In this document: piece after piece, positions 1 to 11,499 of the stretch
Position numbering within the stretch: the stretch's first letter is position 1
Layout of the letters: every line of letters starts with the position of its first letter
NCBI GenBank assembly: GCA_963770115.1
Contig: CAVYOT010000008.1
Coordinates: 35,717-99,716, forward strand
DNA: 64,000 nt
Direction of reading: 5' to 3'
Source: an uncultured Actinomycetota bacterium
Lineage (GTDB): Bacteria > Actinomycetota > Actinomycetes > Mycobacteriales > Pseudonocardiaceae
Translations under genes and position numbers: made by a program
The notes under the pieces: model-generated
The model's database searches: none
Told to the model about the DNA's origin: nothing
What the model saw: the letters and a program-made list of their open reading frames with translations, nothing else

Positions 1-797
1 TGGGGATCGGCGCCGTAGCGGCGGCCGGAGAACTCCTCGGCACGGGTGATCACCGGCCGCACGAGGTCGGTCTCGTAGACGTTCTCCACGTCCTGCAGCA
101 GGGTGGCAACCCGCTCGACGCCCATGCCGGTGTCGATGTTCCTTCGCGGCAGCGAGCCGATGGGCGGGAAGTCGTCCTTGGGCGAGCGGTCGCCGCGGAC
201 GTCCTGCATGAAGACGAGGTTCCAGATCTCCAGGTAGCGGTCCTCGTCGGCCACCGGACCGCCGTCGCGGCCGTGCTCGGGCCCCCGGTCGAAGTAGATC
301 TCCGAGCAGGGTCCGCCGGGACCGGGCACGCCCATGTCCCAGTAGTTGTCCTTGCCGCCGCGGCGCTGGATGCGCCGCTCGGGCAGCATCCGGCGCCAGA
401 GGGCGAACGCCTCGTCGTCGTCGCGGTAGACGGTGGCCCACAGCCGCTCGGGGTCGATCCCGTAGCCGCCGGTGACGAGCTCCCAGGCGAGGTCGATCGC
501 CCCTTCCTTGAAGTAGTCACCGAAGGAGAAGTTCCCCGCCATCTGGAAGAACGTGTTGTGGCGGGTGGTCTTGCCGACCTCCTCGATGTCGCCGGTGCGC
601 ACGCACTTCTGGATCGAGGTGGCCCGGGGCCACGGTGCGGGTGCGTCGCCGAGGAAGTACGGCTTGAACTGCACCATCCCGGCGTTCACGAAGAGCAGCG
701 TCGGGTCGTCGAGGATGAGCGACGCGCTGGGCACGGAGGTGTGCCCTGCGCTCACGAAGTGGTCGGTGAAACGGCTGATGATCTCGTGGGTCTGCAC
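1..797 (-). CDS. alaS: Alanine--tRNA ligase, 5' part (runs off window start)
   Basis: Read manually from GTG at 797: [14 protein letters not shown]...[27 protein letters not shown]...[35 protein letters not shown], the AlaRS N-terminus; not in ORF track because it is open-ended. Confidence 0.97.
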   Translation of the reverse strand, partial: MQTHEIISRFTDHFVSAGHTSVPSASLILDDPTLLFVNAGMVQFKPYFLGDAPAPWPRATSIQKCVRTGDIEEVGKTTRHNTFFQMAGNFSFGDYFKEGAIDLAWELVTGGYGIDPERLWATVYRDDDEAFALWRRMLPERRIQRRGGKDNYWDMGVPGPGGPCSEIYFDRGPEHGRDGGPVADEDRYLEIWNLVFMQDVRGDRSPKDDFPPIGSLPRRNIDTGMGVERVATLLQDVENVYETDLVRPVITRAEEFSGRRYGADP

Positions 798-872
798 CGG
801 AGGAGCTCTCTGCTGCTGGAGGAGGACGGATGGGCGCGAAACGGCAGGAACGGCACCATCCACAGTGGATGG

Positions 873-1172
873 TCAGGCCCCTGCCCTGCGCGCTCGCGGC
901 GGCGGCACGGGGTCGGCCAGCGCCTCGCGCATGGTCGGCAGGTGGTCGCCGGTGCGGCGCTCGACCATCGCGGTGAGCTCGTGCTCCCGCTCGGCCATGC
1001 CCGCGCGCACCTCGGCCCCGAACGCGCCGAAACCCGCGCCGAGCTCACGCAGCCCGTCGGCGAGGTTGGCGCCGATCCCGGCGGGGGTGAGGCTCTGGGC
1101 GGCGGCCTGCGCCCTGCGGGCGACGAAGGCGCCCGCCGCGATGCCGAGCCCGAGCCAGAAGAGCCGCTTCAC
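873..1172 (-). CDS. Small membrane-anchored protein (DUF6167-like), typically found upstream of actinobacterial alaS
   Basis: MKRLFWLGLGIAAGAF...FGAEVRAGMAERE; overlaps upstream gene by 4 nt. Confidence 0.8.
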   Translation of the reverse strand: MKRLFWLGLGIAAGAFVARRAQAAAQSLTPAGIGANLADGLRELGAGFGAFGAEVRAGMAEREHELTAMVERRTGDHLPTMREALADPVPPPRARRAGA

Positions 1173-1570
1173 GCGGCCCGCTTCCGACGGGAGCGGCGGG
1201 AGGGCTTGACCGCCTCCTTGCCCACGCGGCGGGCCTTGATGGCCTTGTTGACGCCGTAGGAGAACGCGGCGGCCCGGACGAGCGGGCCGCCGAGCGTGGC
1301 GGTGAAGAGCGACGTCAGCACGGACACGTTGCTGGTGACGGTGCGGGCGCTGGAGGTGATGCCGTCCACCCGGTCGAGCTGGGTGTTGACCTGGCGGAGG
1401 GTGACCTGGGCGTCGTCGAGCAGCGGCGCGCTGCCCTCGTGGGCCTTGCGGATGGCGATGGTGGCCTCGTCGAGGGTGCGGCCCAGCTTGATCAGCGGGA
1501 CGGCCATCAGCAGGACGAGGACTACGAAGGCCCCCGCCGCGATCAGCGCCGCGATCTGCCCAGCCGTCAC
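1169..1570 (-). CDS. DUF948 (YoxC-like) membrane/coiled-coil protein
   Basis: GTG at 1570: TAGQIAALIAAGAFVVLVLL...LDRVDGIT...GGPLVRAAAFSYGV. Confidence 0.85.
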   Translation of the reverse strand: MTAGQIAALIAAGAFVVLVLLMAVPLIKLGRTLDEATIAIRKAHEGSAPLLDDAQVTLRQVNTQLDRVDGITSSARTVTSNVSVLTSLFTATLGGPLVRAAAFSYGVNKAIKARRVGKEAVKPSRRSRRKRAA

Positions 1571-1679
1571 TGTGCCCTCCCTCGGATCCCCACCCACGTG
1601 CAAATGATCGTGGTCAGGCTACTACCCGGCGTCGGTCGCGCACCCCCGGGATATCGGGGTGCGCGACCTCGCCGGACGC

Positions 1680-2360
1680 CTATGCGGAGACGGCGGGTGA
1701 CGCGTTGTCGGGCAGGTCGTCGGGATCTTCCGGATCGACGTCGAGCGGGCCGCCGATGACACCGCGCAGCCGGTTGAGCGCCCGGTGCTGGGTGACCCGG
1801 ACGGCGCCGGGGGTGGAGCCCACGACCTGCGCGGTCTCCTCCGCCGACAGCCCCACCGCGATACGGAGCACCAGCACCTCGCGCTGCCGTGGGGTGAGCT
1901 TGTGGAGCAGGTGGCCCAGTCGCTCGGCGAGCTCGGCCGCGAGCAGCCGCTGCTCGGGCCCGTCGTGGAGAATCGGCGAATCGGGCAGCTCGGCCACCGG
2001 GTCGGTGCGGTTGCGGCCGATGGCCCGGAAGGCATCGGTGACCTTGTGTGCGGCGATGCCGTAGACGAAGGCCCGGAAGGACAGACCCTTGATCTCGTAG
2101 TGCGGCAAGGCGTTGATCACCGCCAGGCAGACGTCCTGGGCGACATCGTCGGCCGAGCCGATGACGCCTTCGCCGCGGCCGAGCCTTCCCCGGCAATAGC
2201 GCTGGACCAGCGGTTGGATCTCGGCGAGCAGTTGGTCGCGGGCGTCGTTGTCGCCCGCGACAGCCAACGGAACCAGACGTTCCAGGACGGGTGCCACGTC
2301 CGGAACTTGGTCGGAACCATCGGCTGAATCGGTAACATCATTACGGACGGCGGCGCTCAT
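1680..2360 (-). CDS. ECF RNA polymerase sigma factor, ShbA/SigD-like
   Basis: Region 2 (ADDVAQDVCLAV...FRAFVYGIAAHKVTD) and region 4 (LTPRQREVLVLR..GLSAEETAQVVGSTPGAVRVTQHRAL). Confidence 0.9.
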   Translation of the reverse strand: MSAAVRNDVTDSADGSDQVPDVAPVLERLVPLAVAGDNDARDQLLAEIQPLVQRYCRGRLGRGEGVIGSADDVAQDVCLAVINALPHYEIKGLSFRAFVYGIAAHKVTDAFRAIGRNRTDPVAELPDSPILHDGPEQRLLAAELAERLGHLLHKLTPRQREVLVLRIAVGLSAEETAQVVGSTPGAVRVTQHRALNRLRGVIGGPLDVDPEDPDDLPDNASPAVSA

Positions 2361-2627
2361 CCTGCGCACGCAGCCGTCGATTTCTGGCACATGTGTGGGT
2401 ACCCCTCCCCAGTTCCTGTCGCGTCAGGCCTCGGCCCTCCGCTGTGCGCCGCCCCACCGCTCCCATGGCGGGACGGACACGTGGTGCTCCCTTCCAGGAG
2501 AGGTGACACCTTCCTCGACACTCCACCCCGGTCCCCCGACCGTGGGCGCGTCACCCTCTCCCAAGCTCGTCATCGCCGCCGTGCCCCGCGCCGCTACAGA
2601 GCTCCCCTGCAACCTTCAATGACGCAT

Positions 2628-2644
2628 TTTGGAGGTACCCCAAA
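2628..2644. promoter_or_regulatory. Imperfect palindrome upstream of the TetR gene, possible operator
   Basis: TTTGG-A-GGTACC-CCAAA in a lower-GC divergent intergenic region. Confidence 0.35.
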
Positions 2645-2688
2645 GTTGAGTCAAGTGAAGGTCGGCTCACGAATCGGTTACTCTCCGC

Positions 2689-3435
2689 ATGATGACCGCC
2701 CCCGCTATCCCTCCGACGGAGGACCCCCGGGCGCGCGCGGCTCGCACGAAACGTGACCGTACGCGCCGCGCGCTGCTCGACGCAGCCGACTCGGCGTTCG
2801 GTTCGCGCGGCTGGTCGCGGACGCGCGTCGAGGACATCGCGCAGTCGGCAGGGGTGAGCGCGGCCACGGCCTACAACCACTTCCCCACCAAGCACGCGCT
2901 GCTGGCCCAGGTCTACGCACCGATCATCAGCCCGCTCCTCGTACAGGCACAGCGCGACATCGCGGCCGACCGCCCGGTGACGCAGGCACTCGAAGACCAG
3001 GTCAGAGCACTGTGCAGGCTGTGCGCGCGCAACCGCACCCTGACCGCCGCCTTCTTCGCAGCGGTCTCGGAGTACACGATCAAGGTCGGCGGCCTGCCCG
3101 ACTCCGCCGACGACGTCGACCCACGGACCCTCGTGCCCATGCCGGAGGCCTTGGGGCTGCTCATCGAGCACGGGCAGCGCTCCGGCGAACTGCGGTCCTA
3201 CCCCTCCGCACAGGACATGAGCGGCCTACTGGTCAACACGGTGCTTGCCCGGAACGTGAACCGGCCTGCCGAGCACCCGGATACCACGGCCGAGCTGCTA
3301 CTCACTGTGATGTTCGGAACACTGTGCCCCGAACTCGCGGCAGGCGCCGAGCGGCCGTTCCGCGGCGCCCATTACTCCGAACGGCCGGGGATGCACTGGG
3401 GGAACCATCCGGACGAATCGCCAAGCGGTCCTTAA
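2689..3435 (+). CDS. TetR/AcrR family transcriptional regulator
   Basis: TRRALLDAA...[35 protein letters not shown]. Confidence 0.92.
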   Translation: MMTAPAIPPTEDPRARAARTKRDRTRRALLDAADSAFGSRGWSRTRVEDIAQSAGVSAATAYNHFPTKHALLAQVYAPIISPLLVQAQRDIAADRPVTQALEDQVRALCRLCARNRTLTAAFFAAVSEYTIKVGGLPDSADDVDPRTLVPMPEALGLLIEHGQRSGELRSYPSAQDMSGLLVNTVLARNVNRPAEHPDTTAELLLTVMFGTLCPELAAGAERPFRGAHYSERPGMHWGNHPDESPSGP

Positions 3436-3499
3436 ATTGCGCCGGGCGGTGTAACGCTTCCTCCTCCGAGCGGCCCCCTCGGGGCCCCCCGACGCGCGC

Positions 3500-4784
3500 T
3501 CAGCGTAGCGCCGTCAGCACGTCTGCGAGGGCGTCGACGGCCTTGTCGAGCTCGGCCTCGGTGATCACCAGCGGCGGCGAGAACCGGATCGTCGAACCGT
3601 GGGTGTCCTTGACGAGCACGGCCCGCTCGGCGAGCGCCTCGCTCACCGCACGGCCGGTGCCCAGGCCGCGTTCGATGTCCACGCCCGCCCACAGCCCGAC
3701 GCCCCGCACGGCGACCACCCCGTGCCCGACGAGGCCCGCGAGCCGCGCGTGCAGGTGCGCGCCGAGGACGCGGGCCCGCACCAGCAGGTCGCCGTCCTCG
3801 AGGAGGCGGATCACCGCCCGTCCGACGGCGCAGGCCAACGGGTTGCCGCCGAAGGTGCTGCCGTGCTGGCCAGGCCGCAGGACACCGAGGATGTGGGCGT
3901 CCGCGACGACGGCCGAGAGCGGCAGGATCCCACCCCCGAGCGCCTTGCCCGAGCAGGTAGACATCGGCGTCGACGCCCGCGGCGCGCGTGGCGAGCAGGT
4001 GCCCCGTGCGCCCGAGGCCCGACTGCACCTCGTCGGCGACGAAGAGCACGCGCCGGGCATCGCATATCTCACGGACCCCGGCCAGGTACCCGTCAGGGGG
4101 CACCACGACGCCCGCCTCGCCCTGGATGGGCTCGACGAGCACGGCGACCGTGTCCGGCGTGACCGCGGCGCGCAGCGCGTCGAGGTCCCCGTAGGGCACG
4201 ACGTCGAAGCCCGGGGTGAACGGGCCGAAGCCGCCGCGCGCGTCCGGATCGGTGGAGAAGCCGACGATCGTCGTCGTGCGGCCGTGGAAGGCGTCGGCGG
4301 CGACCACGATCCGGGCCCGGCCCTCCGGCACGCCCTTGACCTCGTAGCCCCACTTGCGGACGACCTTGATGCCGGACTCGACGGCCTCCGCGCCGGTGTT
4401 CATCGGCAGCACCATCAGTCTGCCCGACCACGACCGACGTGCGGCATCCGATCGGGGCTGCGGATCGCAGAACTCGGCATCTTTGCCGAGGAGCCCCGAG
4501 AGCTCCGCGCAGAACGGACCGAGCTGGTCGTTGCCGAACGCCCTGCTGGTGAGCGTCACCCGGTCGAGCTGGCGGTGGGCTGCGGCGAGCAGGTACGGGT
4601 GCCCGTGTCCGAAGTTCAGCGCCGAGTAGCCCGCGAGGCAGTCGAGGTAGCTTCGCCCCTCGACATCGGTGACCCACGCGCCCTTGGCGTGCGAGACCAC
4701 CACCGGGAGCGGGTGGTAGTTGTGCGCCGAGTGCTCCTCGACGAGACGGGTGTGGAACGTGGTGGGGCTCTCCAGGAGCGTCAT
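3500..4784 (-). CDS. rocD: Ornithine--oxo-acid transaminase (frameshift near 3950; ~21-aa in-frame insertion)
   Basis: [71 protein letters not shown]; continues GKALGGG...[11 protein letters not shown] in ORF 3500..4072. Confidence 0.92.
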
Positions 4785-5623
4785 GCGCGCACCTCCAACG
4801 TGCAGCACTTGGGGCCGCCGCCGCCTTTCAGCAGCTCGGACATGGCGACGGGGACGGGGACGAAGCCGCGCTCGGCGAGCGCGGCGGCGAGCGCGGTGGC
4901 CTCGGCGGGCAGGACGACGTGGCGACCGTCGCTCACGGCGTTGAGGCCGAGCACGGCCGCGTCCTCCTGCGTGGCGACGACGGCGTCGGGATAACGGTCG
5001 CGCAGCACCGCCCGCGACGCGGGTGCGAAGGCCTCGGGCAGCCACGCGACCGTCGTCTCGTCCAGCACCGCGAGGGCCGTGTCGAGGTGGTAGAAGAGCG
5101 GGTCCACGAGCCGCAGCGGCACGACGTGGCGCCGCAGGACGCGCGCCGCCTCGGCGTGCGCGCGGGGGTCGGTGCGGAAACCGGACCCGGCGAGGATCAC
5201 CTCGCCTGCGACGAGCAGGTCGCCCTCGCCCTCGTTCACGAACTCCGGGACGACCACCCGCTCGAAACCCGCGGTCAGGAACCACCCGCGGTGCGCGGCG
5301 GCCTCGGGCTCCCGCACGGCGTGGCGGAAGCGGGCGCCGTAGACGACGCCGTCGACGACGGTGGCGCCGTTGGCGGCATACACCATGTCCGGAAGGCCCG
5401 GCACGGGGTCGATGAGGTCGACGCGATGGCCGAGGTCGAGGTAGGTCTGGCGCAGCGTCTCCCACTGCGCGACGGCGAGCTCGACGTCGACGGCCACGTC
5501 GGGCCGCATCCAGGGGTTGATCGCGTAGGCGACGGCGAAGTGTTGCGGCCTGCACATGAGGTAGCGGCGGCGGGTGGCGACGCGCTCGACGAGCGCGGAC
5601 GGGCGGGAAAGGACGCTGGTCAC
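4781..5623 (-). CDS. ddaH: Guanidino-modifying (amidinotransferase superfamily) enzyme; DdaH / arginine dihydrolase-like
   Basis: [46 protein letters not shown] (catalytic Glu/His/Cys pattern); coupled to rocD. Confidence 0.85.
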   Translation of the reverse strand: MTSVLSRPSALVERVATRRRYLMCRPQHFAVAYAINPWMRPDVAVDVELAVAQWETLRQTYLDLGHRVDLIDPVPGLPDMVYAANGATVVDGVVYGARFRHAVREPEAAAHRGWFLTAGFERVVVPEFVNEGEGDLLVAGEVILAGSGFRTDPRAHAEAARVLRRHVVPLRLVDPLFYHLDTALAVLDETTVAWLPEAFAPASRAVLRDRYPDAVVATQEDAAVLGLNAVSDGRHVVLPAEATALAAALAERGFVPVPVAMSELLKGGGGPKCCTLEVRA

Positions 5624-5757
5624 TGGGCGCGCTCCACGGGGTAGGCGGGGTGGCCGCTGCGACGGGGCCGAGATACCTCAACGATAGGAACGACGCCGAC
5701 GCGCGACAATCCCGTGCCGTTGCCGATGACCGTCGATCCGTTGCGGAGTTTCGGCTT

Positions 5758-6234
5758 TCAGCGCTCGATCGTTGCGTCGTCGGGGGCGTGCGGGTAGGCC
5801 GGACGCCGCAGCAGCGGGCTGAGCACCAGCACCGACCTGGTGCGCACCACGAACGGCGCCGCGCTGATCTGCTCCAGCACCTTCTCGAAGTGGCGCATGT
5901 CCGCCGCGAGGATGCGCAGCACCGCGTCGGCCTCGCCCGAGACGGTGCTCGCCTCCACGACCTCGGGGAAGCGCTTCAGCGCGTCGCGGATCGTCGCGGG
6001 CGGTGTGCGGGCGCCGCAGAACAGCTCGACGTAGCCCTCGACGGTCCAGCCCAGCGCGCCGGGATCGAGCTTCACGGTGAAGCCGGTGATCGCCCCGTCG
6101 GCGCGCATCCGGTCGATCCGTCGCTTCACCGCCGACGCCGACAACCCCACCTGCCCGCCGATCTCGGCGAAGCTGCGGCGGGCGTCGTCGACGAACAGAC
6201 CGACGATCCGTTCGTCCACAGGGTCCAGCGGCAC
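5758..6234 (-). CDS. Lrp/AsnC family regulator
   Basis: GTG 6234 after GGAG: [10 protein letters not shown]...[27 protein letters not shown]. Confidence 0.9.
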   Translation of the reverse strand: MPLDPVDERIVGLFVDDARRSFAEIGGQVGLSASAVKRRIDRMRADGAITGFTVKLDPGALGWTVEGYVELFCGARTPPATIRDALKRFPEVVEASTVSGEADAVLRILAADMRHFEKVLEQISAAPFVVRTRSVLVLSPLLRRPAYPHAPDDATIER

Positions 6235-6249
6235 GGCAGTATCTCCAGC

Positions 6250-7470
6250 ATGTATCGGGTTGACTCCGAGGTCGGGCCGCTCCGGCAGGTGATCCTGCAC
6301 CGACCGGGGCTGGAGCTCAAACGCCTCACCCCCGGCAACAAGGACCGGTTGCTCTTCGACGACGTGCTGTGGGTGGCCCGCGCGCAGGAGGAGCACGACC
6401 GTTTCGCCGAGGTGCTCCGTGCGCGGGGGGCGACCGTCCACCTCTTCGGCGATCTGCTGCGCAGGACCGTCGTTCTCCCGGAAGCCAGGGCCCACATCCT
6501 GGACACGATCTTCGACGACCGGATCTACGGGCCGCTGGCGATCGACGCCCTCCGCAACTGCTTCGACGCCATGGACCCCGACATGCTCACCGACCACCTC
6601 GTCGGCGGGATCACCAAGCGCGAGGTGCTCGACCTGATCCCCGAGCCGCGGTCGGTCGCCTTCCACGTGATCGCCGCCGACGACTTCGTGCTGGAGCCGC
6701 TGCCCAACCACCTCTACACGCGCGACACGTCCGCGTGGATCCACGGGGGTGTGGCGATCAACAGCATGCGCAAGAAGGCGCGGGTACGCGAGACGGCACA
6801 CTACGAGGCGATCTACCGCTGGCATCCGCTCTTCGCCGACGGCGGCTTCGCGATCTGGTCCGAGGGCGCGGCGAACGGGCTTGCCACCACCGAAGGCGGC
6901 GACATGCTCGTGCTCGGTGGCGGCGCCCTGCTGATCGGGATGAGCGAGCGCACGGTTCCGGCAGGGGTCGAGCGGCTGGCCAGGCGCCTCTTCGCGGGCG
7001 GTGAGGTCGACCGGATCGTCGCGCTGCGCATGCCGGAGACCCGGGCCCTGATGCACCTCGACACGGTGATGACCATGGTCGATCCCGAGACCTTCACGAA
7101 ATACGCCGGGCTCGGCATGCTGCCCGCGTACACGATCCGGCCCGGCGACAACGAGAAGGAGCTCGACGTCACCGACCACCCGCCGGAGCGCATGCACGCG
7201 GCGATCGCAGAGGTGCTGGGCCTTCCGGAGATCCGGGTGCTCACCGCGGAGCAGGACGTGCACGCCGCCGAACGCGAGCAGTGGGACGACGGCTGCAACA
7301 CGCTCGCCGTCGGGCCCGGCGTGGTGGTGACCTACGAGCGCAACGTCACCACGAACACGTTCCTCCGCCGTAACGGCATCGAGGTGCTCGACATCCCGGG
7401 CGGCGAGCTCGGGCGCGGACGCGGCGGGCCCCGGTGCATGAGCTGCCCGGTGGAGCGCGGGCCTGCGTGA
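6250..7470 (+). CDS. arcA: Arginine deiminase
   Basis: [61 protein letters not shown]. Confidence 0.95.
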   Translation: MYRVDSEVGPLRQVILHRPGLELKRLTPGNKDRLLFDDVLWVARAQEEHDRFAEVLRARGATVHLFGDLLRRTVVLPEARAHILDTIFDDRIYGPLAIDALRNCFDAMDPDMLTDHLVGGITKREVLDLIPEPRSVAFHVIAADDFVLEPLPNHLYTRDTSAWIHGGVAINSMRKKARVRETAHYEAIYRWHPLFADGGFAIWSEGAANGLATTEGGDMLVLGGGALLIGMSERTVPAGVERLARRLFAGGEVDRIVALRMPETRALMHLDTVMTMVDPETFTKYAGLGMLPAYTIRPGDNEKELDVTDHPPERMHAAIAEVLGLPEIRVLTAEQDVHAAEREQWDDGCNTLAVGPGVVVTYERNVTTNTFLRRNGIEVLDIPGGELGRGRGGPRCMSCPVERGPA

Positions 7471-7516
7471 CGCCTGTGCACGCATCCGGACCCGGGAGCC
7501 GCGGGCGGCACCCCCG

Positions 7517-8533
7517 GTGAGCGCCGTGTCGGCCCGCAAAGTGAAGGACCTGACCGGGCCGGGCCACACCGACCGCTTCGAGGTCGGCGGCACCGACCTG
7601 GGCGCCACCGCCGTCGCCCCCGACGGACGGCTGGTTTCGGTGTTCGGCGACACGTTCGCGCGGCCCGGCGTCGGCGGCCCGGGATGGCGCTCGCCCGTCG
7701 TGCTGTTCGCCGACCCGGCGTCGGTCGGCGGCGGCCTGCGCTGGACGGGCTCGGCGGGGCAGGGGGAGCGCGCCGGACAGGTCGTGCGCTACCGCCACCA
7801 CGGCATCCGCCGGTGGGGACGGCGGATACGCCGCGTGACGACGGTGCTGCCCACCGACCTCATCACGCTCGGCGACGAGATGTTCCTGCACGTCATGGTG
7901 TGCCGGGAGCTGGGCGACGTCCGCTGGACGGAGGTGCACCGCTCGCGCGACAACGGCGTGAGCTGGCGGCCGACCGGCGTGCGCTGGCCCGCCGACCACC
8001 TCGACGGCCACTTCCAGATGCTGACCTGGGAGCGCGGCGAGGACGGGTACGTCTACGCGTTCTCGACGGGCTTCCAACGGGACAAGGGCCTGATCCTGTC
8101 GCGGGTGCCCGCCGACCGCGTGCTCGACGTCGACGCCTGGGAGCCGTGGGGCCTCGCAGGTGACGGCTGGGGGTGGGGCCGTGCGCCCACGGTCGTGCTG
8201 CCCGGCCGGTTCGGGGAGCTGTCGCTGCGGCGGGTGGAGGACCGCTGGGTGCTGGCGATGTTCGACGACGGCAACTACCGCATGGACGTCCTCGTGCTCG
8301 ACTCCCCCGTTGCCGATCTGCACACCGCGCCGCGGGCCACCGTGCTGCAGGGCGTGGGCTGGGACGAGGAGGACCACGCCGCGGGCCGCGTGGCGCAGCT
8401 CTACGGCGGGTACGTCCTGCCCGGCAGCACGCTGGCGGACCTGCATCTGGTGGTGAGCCAGTGGAACACCACGACGAACTGGCCCTACCGCGCGATGCAG
8501 TTCACGGTCGACGTGAGCGCGCTGCGGGGGTAG
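7517..8533 (+). CDS. DUF4185 domain protein (GH183 endo-D-arabinanase-like)
   Basis: GGTDLG, VFGDTF, WRSPV, GELSLR, AQLYGGY, VSQWN motifs. Confidence 0.8.
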   Translation: MSAVSARKVKDLTGPGHTDRFEVGGTDLGATAVAPDGRLVSVFGDTFARPGVGGPGWRSPVVLFADPASVGGGLRWTGSAGQGERAGQVVRYRHHGIRRWGRRIRRVTTVLPTDLITLGDEMFLHVMVCRELGDVRWTEVHRSRDNGVSWRPTGVRWPADHLDGHFQMLTWERGEDGYVYAFSTGFQRDKGLILSRVPADRVLDVDAWEPWGLAGDGWGWGRAPTVVLPGRFGELSLRRVEDRWVLAMFDDGNYRMDVLVLDSPVADLHTAPRATVLQGVGWDEEDHAAGRVAQLYGGYVLPGSTLADLHLVVSQWNTTTNWPYRAMQFTVDVSALRG

Positions 8534-8538
8534 TAGTG

Positions 8539-8611
8539 CACCTCGCACACGGGCGGGTGTCGTCGCCCACGTTCTGCGGTGTGCGGGCGCGCGCCACGCA
8601 CGTGCGAGGTG
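8539..8611. repeat. Palindromic element between convergent genes (REP-like or bidirectional terminator)
   Basis: Perfect 10-bp inverted ends CACCTCGCAC ... GTGCGAGGTG. Confidence 0.55.
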
Positions 8612-8613
8612 GG

Positions 8614-9978
8614 TCAGGACCCGCGGACCGCGCGGCGCAGGCGCGGCACCCGCTCGGCGAGGGCGCGTTCCGACCCGCGCGCCGTGGGCGTGTAGTAGTC
8701 GCGGCCGACCAGGTCGTCGGGCGGGTACTGCTGGGCGAGCACGCCGTCGGGGTCGTCGTGCGGGTAGCGGTAGCCGACGGCGCTGCCCAGCCGCTGCGCC
8801 CCCGCGTAGTGGCCGTCGCGCAGATGCGCGGGCACGGTGCCGACCGCGCCCGCGCGCACGTCGGCCATCGCGGCGTCGATCGCGGTGATGACGGCGTTGG
8901 ACTTCGGCGCGGTGGCCAGGTGCAGGGTGGCCTGGGCCAGGGCGAGCCTGCACTCGGGAAGCCCGACGAGCTGCACGACCTGCGCCGCGGCCGTCGCGGC
9001 CTGCAGGGCGGTCGGATCGGCCAGCCCGACGTCCTCGCTGGCGTGCACCATGAGCCGCCGCGCGATGAACCGCGGGTCCTCCCCCGCCACGAGCATGCGC
9101 GCGAGGTAGTGCAGCGCGGCGTCGGGATCCGAGCCGCGGATGGACTTGATGAAGGCGCTGATGACGTCGTAGTGCTGGTCGCCCTGTCGGTCGTAGCGCA
9201 CGCTCGCCTCGGTGACCGCGCGCTCGACGGCGGGCAGGTCGATCACCGACCCGCCGGTGCCCGCCACGCCGTCCGCGGCCGCCTCGAGCGCGGTGAGCGC
9301 GCGGCGGGCATCCCCGGCCGCGAGGCGGACGAGCGCGTCCTCCGCGTCCGGCGCCACCGTGAACGCCGCGGCGAGCCCCCGCTCGTCGGCCGCGGCCCGG
9401 CGCAGCAGCGTGCGGACGTCGTCCTCGGTGAGCGGCTCCAGCCGGAGCACCAGCGAGCGCGACAGCAGCGGCGACACCACCGAGAACGACGGGTTCTCCG
9501 TGGTCGCGGCCACGAGCAGGACGATCCGGTCCTCGACCGCGCCGAGCAGCGCGTCCTGCTGGGTCTTGGAGAAGCGGTGGACCTCGTCGATGAAGAGCAC
9601 GGTCTGGCGGCCGCGCAGGTCGCGGCGTCGACGCGCGTCGTCGATCACCTGACGCAGCTCCTTGACCCCGGACGACAGCGCCGACAGGGCGACGAAGTGG
9701 CGCTCCCCGGCGCCGTCGCCCCCCGAGGAGGCGAGCAACCGCGCGATCGTGGTCTTGCCCGTGCCCGGCGGGCCGTAGAGCAGCACCGACGCCGCCGCAC
9801 CGCCCTCGACGAGCCGCCGCAGCGGCGCACCGGGCCGCAGCAGATGCCCCTGCCCCACCACCTCGTCGAGCGTGCGCGGGCGCATCCGCACGGCCAACGG
9901 GGCCGTCGCGGGCGGCGCCGCGGCGGGCATGGCGACCGACGGCGCCTCGTCGAGGTCGAACAGCCCGTCGGGTTCCAT
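8614..9978 (-). CDS. rarA: Replication-associated recombination protein A (RarA/MgsA, AAA+)
   Basis: [58 protein letters not shown]. Confidence 0.95.
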   Translation of the reverse strand: MEPDGLFDLDEAPSVAMPAAAPPATAPLAVRMRPRTLDEVVGQGHLLRPGAPLRRLVEGGAAASVLLYGPPGTGKTTIARLLASSGGDGAGERHFVALSALSSGVKELRQVIDDARRRRDLRGRQTVLFIDEVHRFSKTQQDALLGAVEDRIVLLVAATTENPSFSVVSPLLSRSLVLRLEPLTEDDVRTLLRRAAADERGLAAAFTVAPDAEDALVRLAAGDARRALTALEAAADGVAGTGGSVIDLPAVERAVTEASVRYDRQGDQHYDVISAFIKSIRGSDPDAALHYLARMLVAGEDPRFIARRLMVHASEDVGLADPTALQAATAAAQVVQLVGLPECRLALAQATLHLATAPKSNAVITAIDAAMADVRAGAVGTVPAHLRDGHYAGAQRLGSAVGYRYPHDDPDGVLAQQYPPDDLVGRDYYTPTARGSERALAERVPRLRRAVRGS

Positions 9979-10326
9979 GCCACCAGCCTGCCACTTGCGC
10001 CGATCGGCCTCGCCCGGTCGGTGGGCCGGCACCCCTGGCGCCCGCTCACCAAACTCAGTGCGGCCCGGCGGCTCGGCACGCAACTCGGGCCCGCCGCTGC
10101 GACGGACCGAGCCCGACACCCGGCCGCGGAGCACAGCCGTGAAGACCGCGAGCCCGCCGGGACCACCACCATGGCCACCGCGACCGGGACCCGGCCCGGC
10201 TCCCACATTTCGGGAATCCGCTTCCATTTCCCGGGACGCAGGTGCGACCCTCGGAGGGTTGCCGCACCCGGCGCTTCCCTCGCCCCTGTCGATCCAGGGT
10301 GTCCCCCGATCGACCAGGAGCACACC

Positions 10327-11488
10327 ATGATCACCCTTGCCCGCCGCGTCGAGGACGTTCGCGGTTCGGCCATCCGCGACCTGCTCACCCTCACCGCCCG
10401 CCCGGAGGTGATCAGCCTCGCGGGCGGGCTGCCCGCCGCCGATCTCCTCCCCCGCGAGCGGATCGCCGCAGCGGCCGCGCGGTCGCTCACCGACCCGGCG
10501 GCCGTCCAGTACTCCGAGACGGCAGGCATCGCCGTCCTGCGCGAGGTGGTCGCCGCCCACGAGTCCGTCCGCCGCGCCCAGGTGGTCCACCCGCGCGACG
10601 TCGTCGTCACCAGCGGGTCCCAGCAGGCCCTCGACCTCGCGGCGCGGGCCCTGCTCGACCCTGGCGACGCCGTCGTCGTCGAGGACCCGGCGTACGTCGG
10701 CGCACTGCAGGTGTTCCAGGCCGCGGGCGCCGACCTGCACGGCATCCCCCTCGACGAGGGCGGCATGCGCGTCGACGCCCTGGCCGACCGGCTCGCCGCG
10801 GGCCTGCGGCCCCGGCTCGTGCACACGGTGTCGAGCTTCCACAACCGCGCGCGGCGTCACGCTCGCGCCGGAGCGCCGCAGCGCGCTCGCCGCGCTGGCC
10901 GACCGCTACGGCTTCCTCGTCGTCGAGGACGACCCCTACGGGCTGCTCGCCTTCGACGGCGCGCCCGCCCGTCCCGTCGCCGCCCACGGTGAACGGGTGA
11001 TCCGCCTCGGCAGCGCCTCAAAGATCATCGCTCCGGCGCTGCGGGTGGGGTGGCTGACCGGCCCGCCCGCGGTCACGGCAGCCATCGAGCGGCTCAAACA
11101 GGGCGCGGACCTCTGCGGCTCGTCGCTCACCCAGGCGATCGCCGCCGAACTGCTCGCCGACACCGCCTGGCTCGACGCGCACCTGGCGACCGTCCGGACG
11201 GCCGTCGCGGCGCGGGCGCGCGCCTTCACGGCCGCCGTCGCGGCACAGCTCCCTGCGGTCACCTGCTCGACGCCCACCGGTGGGATGTTCTGCTGGCTGG
11301 AGTTCCCGGAGCACGTCGACACAGCCGAGCTCCTGCCCCGCGCGCTGGCGGCGGGCGTGGGCTTCGTCCCCGGCGCGGCATTCACCGTGCACGCGGACCA
11401 GACCCGCGCGGCGCGGTGCTGCTTCGCCTCCGTCGACGAGGCAACGCTCACCGAGGCGGTGGCACGGCTCGCCGCATGCGTCTCCTAG
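10327..11488 (+). CDS. PLP-dependent aminotransferase, class I (LysN/MocR-like), frameshift near 10848
   Basis: AGGAG RBS; [28 protein letters not shown]|..[28 protein letters not shown]. Confidence 0.88.
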
Positions 11489-11499
11489 GGTCTGAAGCC

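Noticed and set aside
9985-10005. PafBC-type promoter at rarA
   Set aside because: GATCGG-N9-CAGGCT deviates in both elements and in spacing
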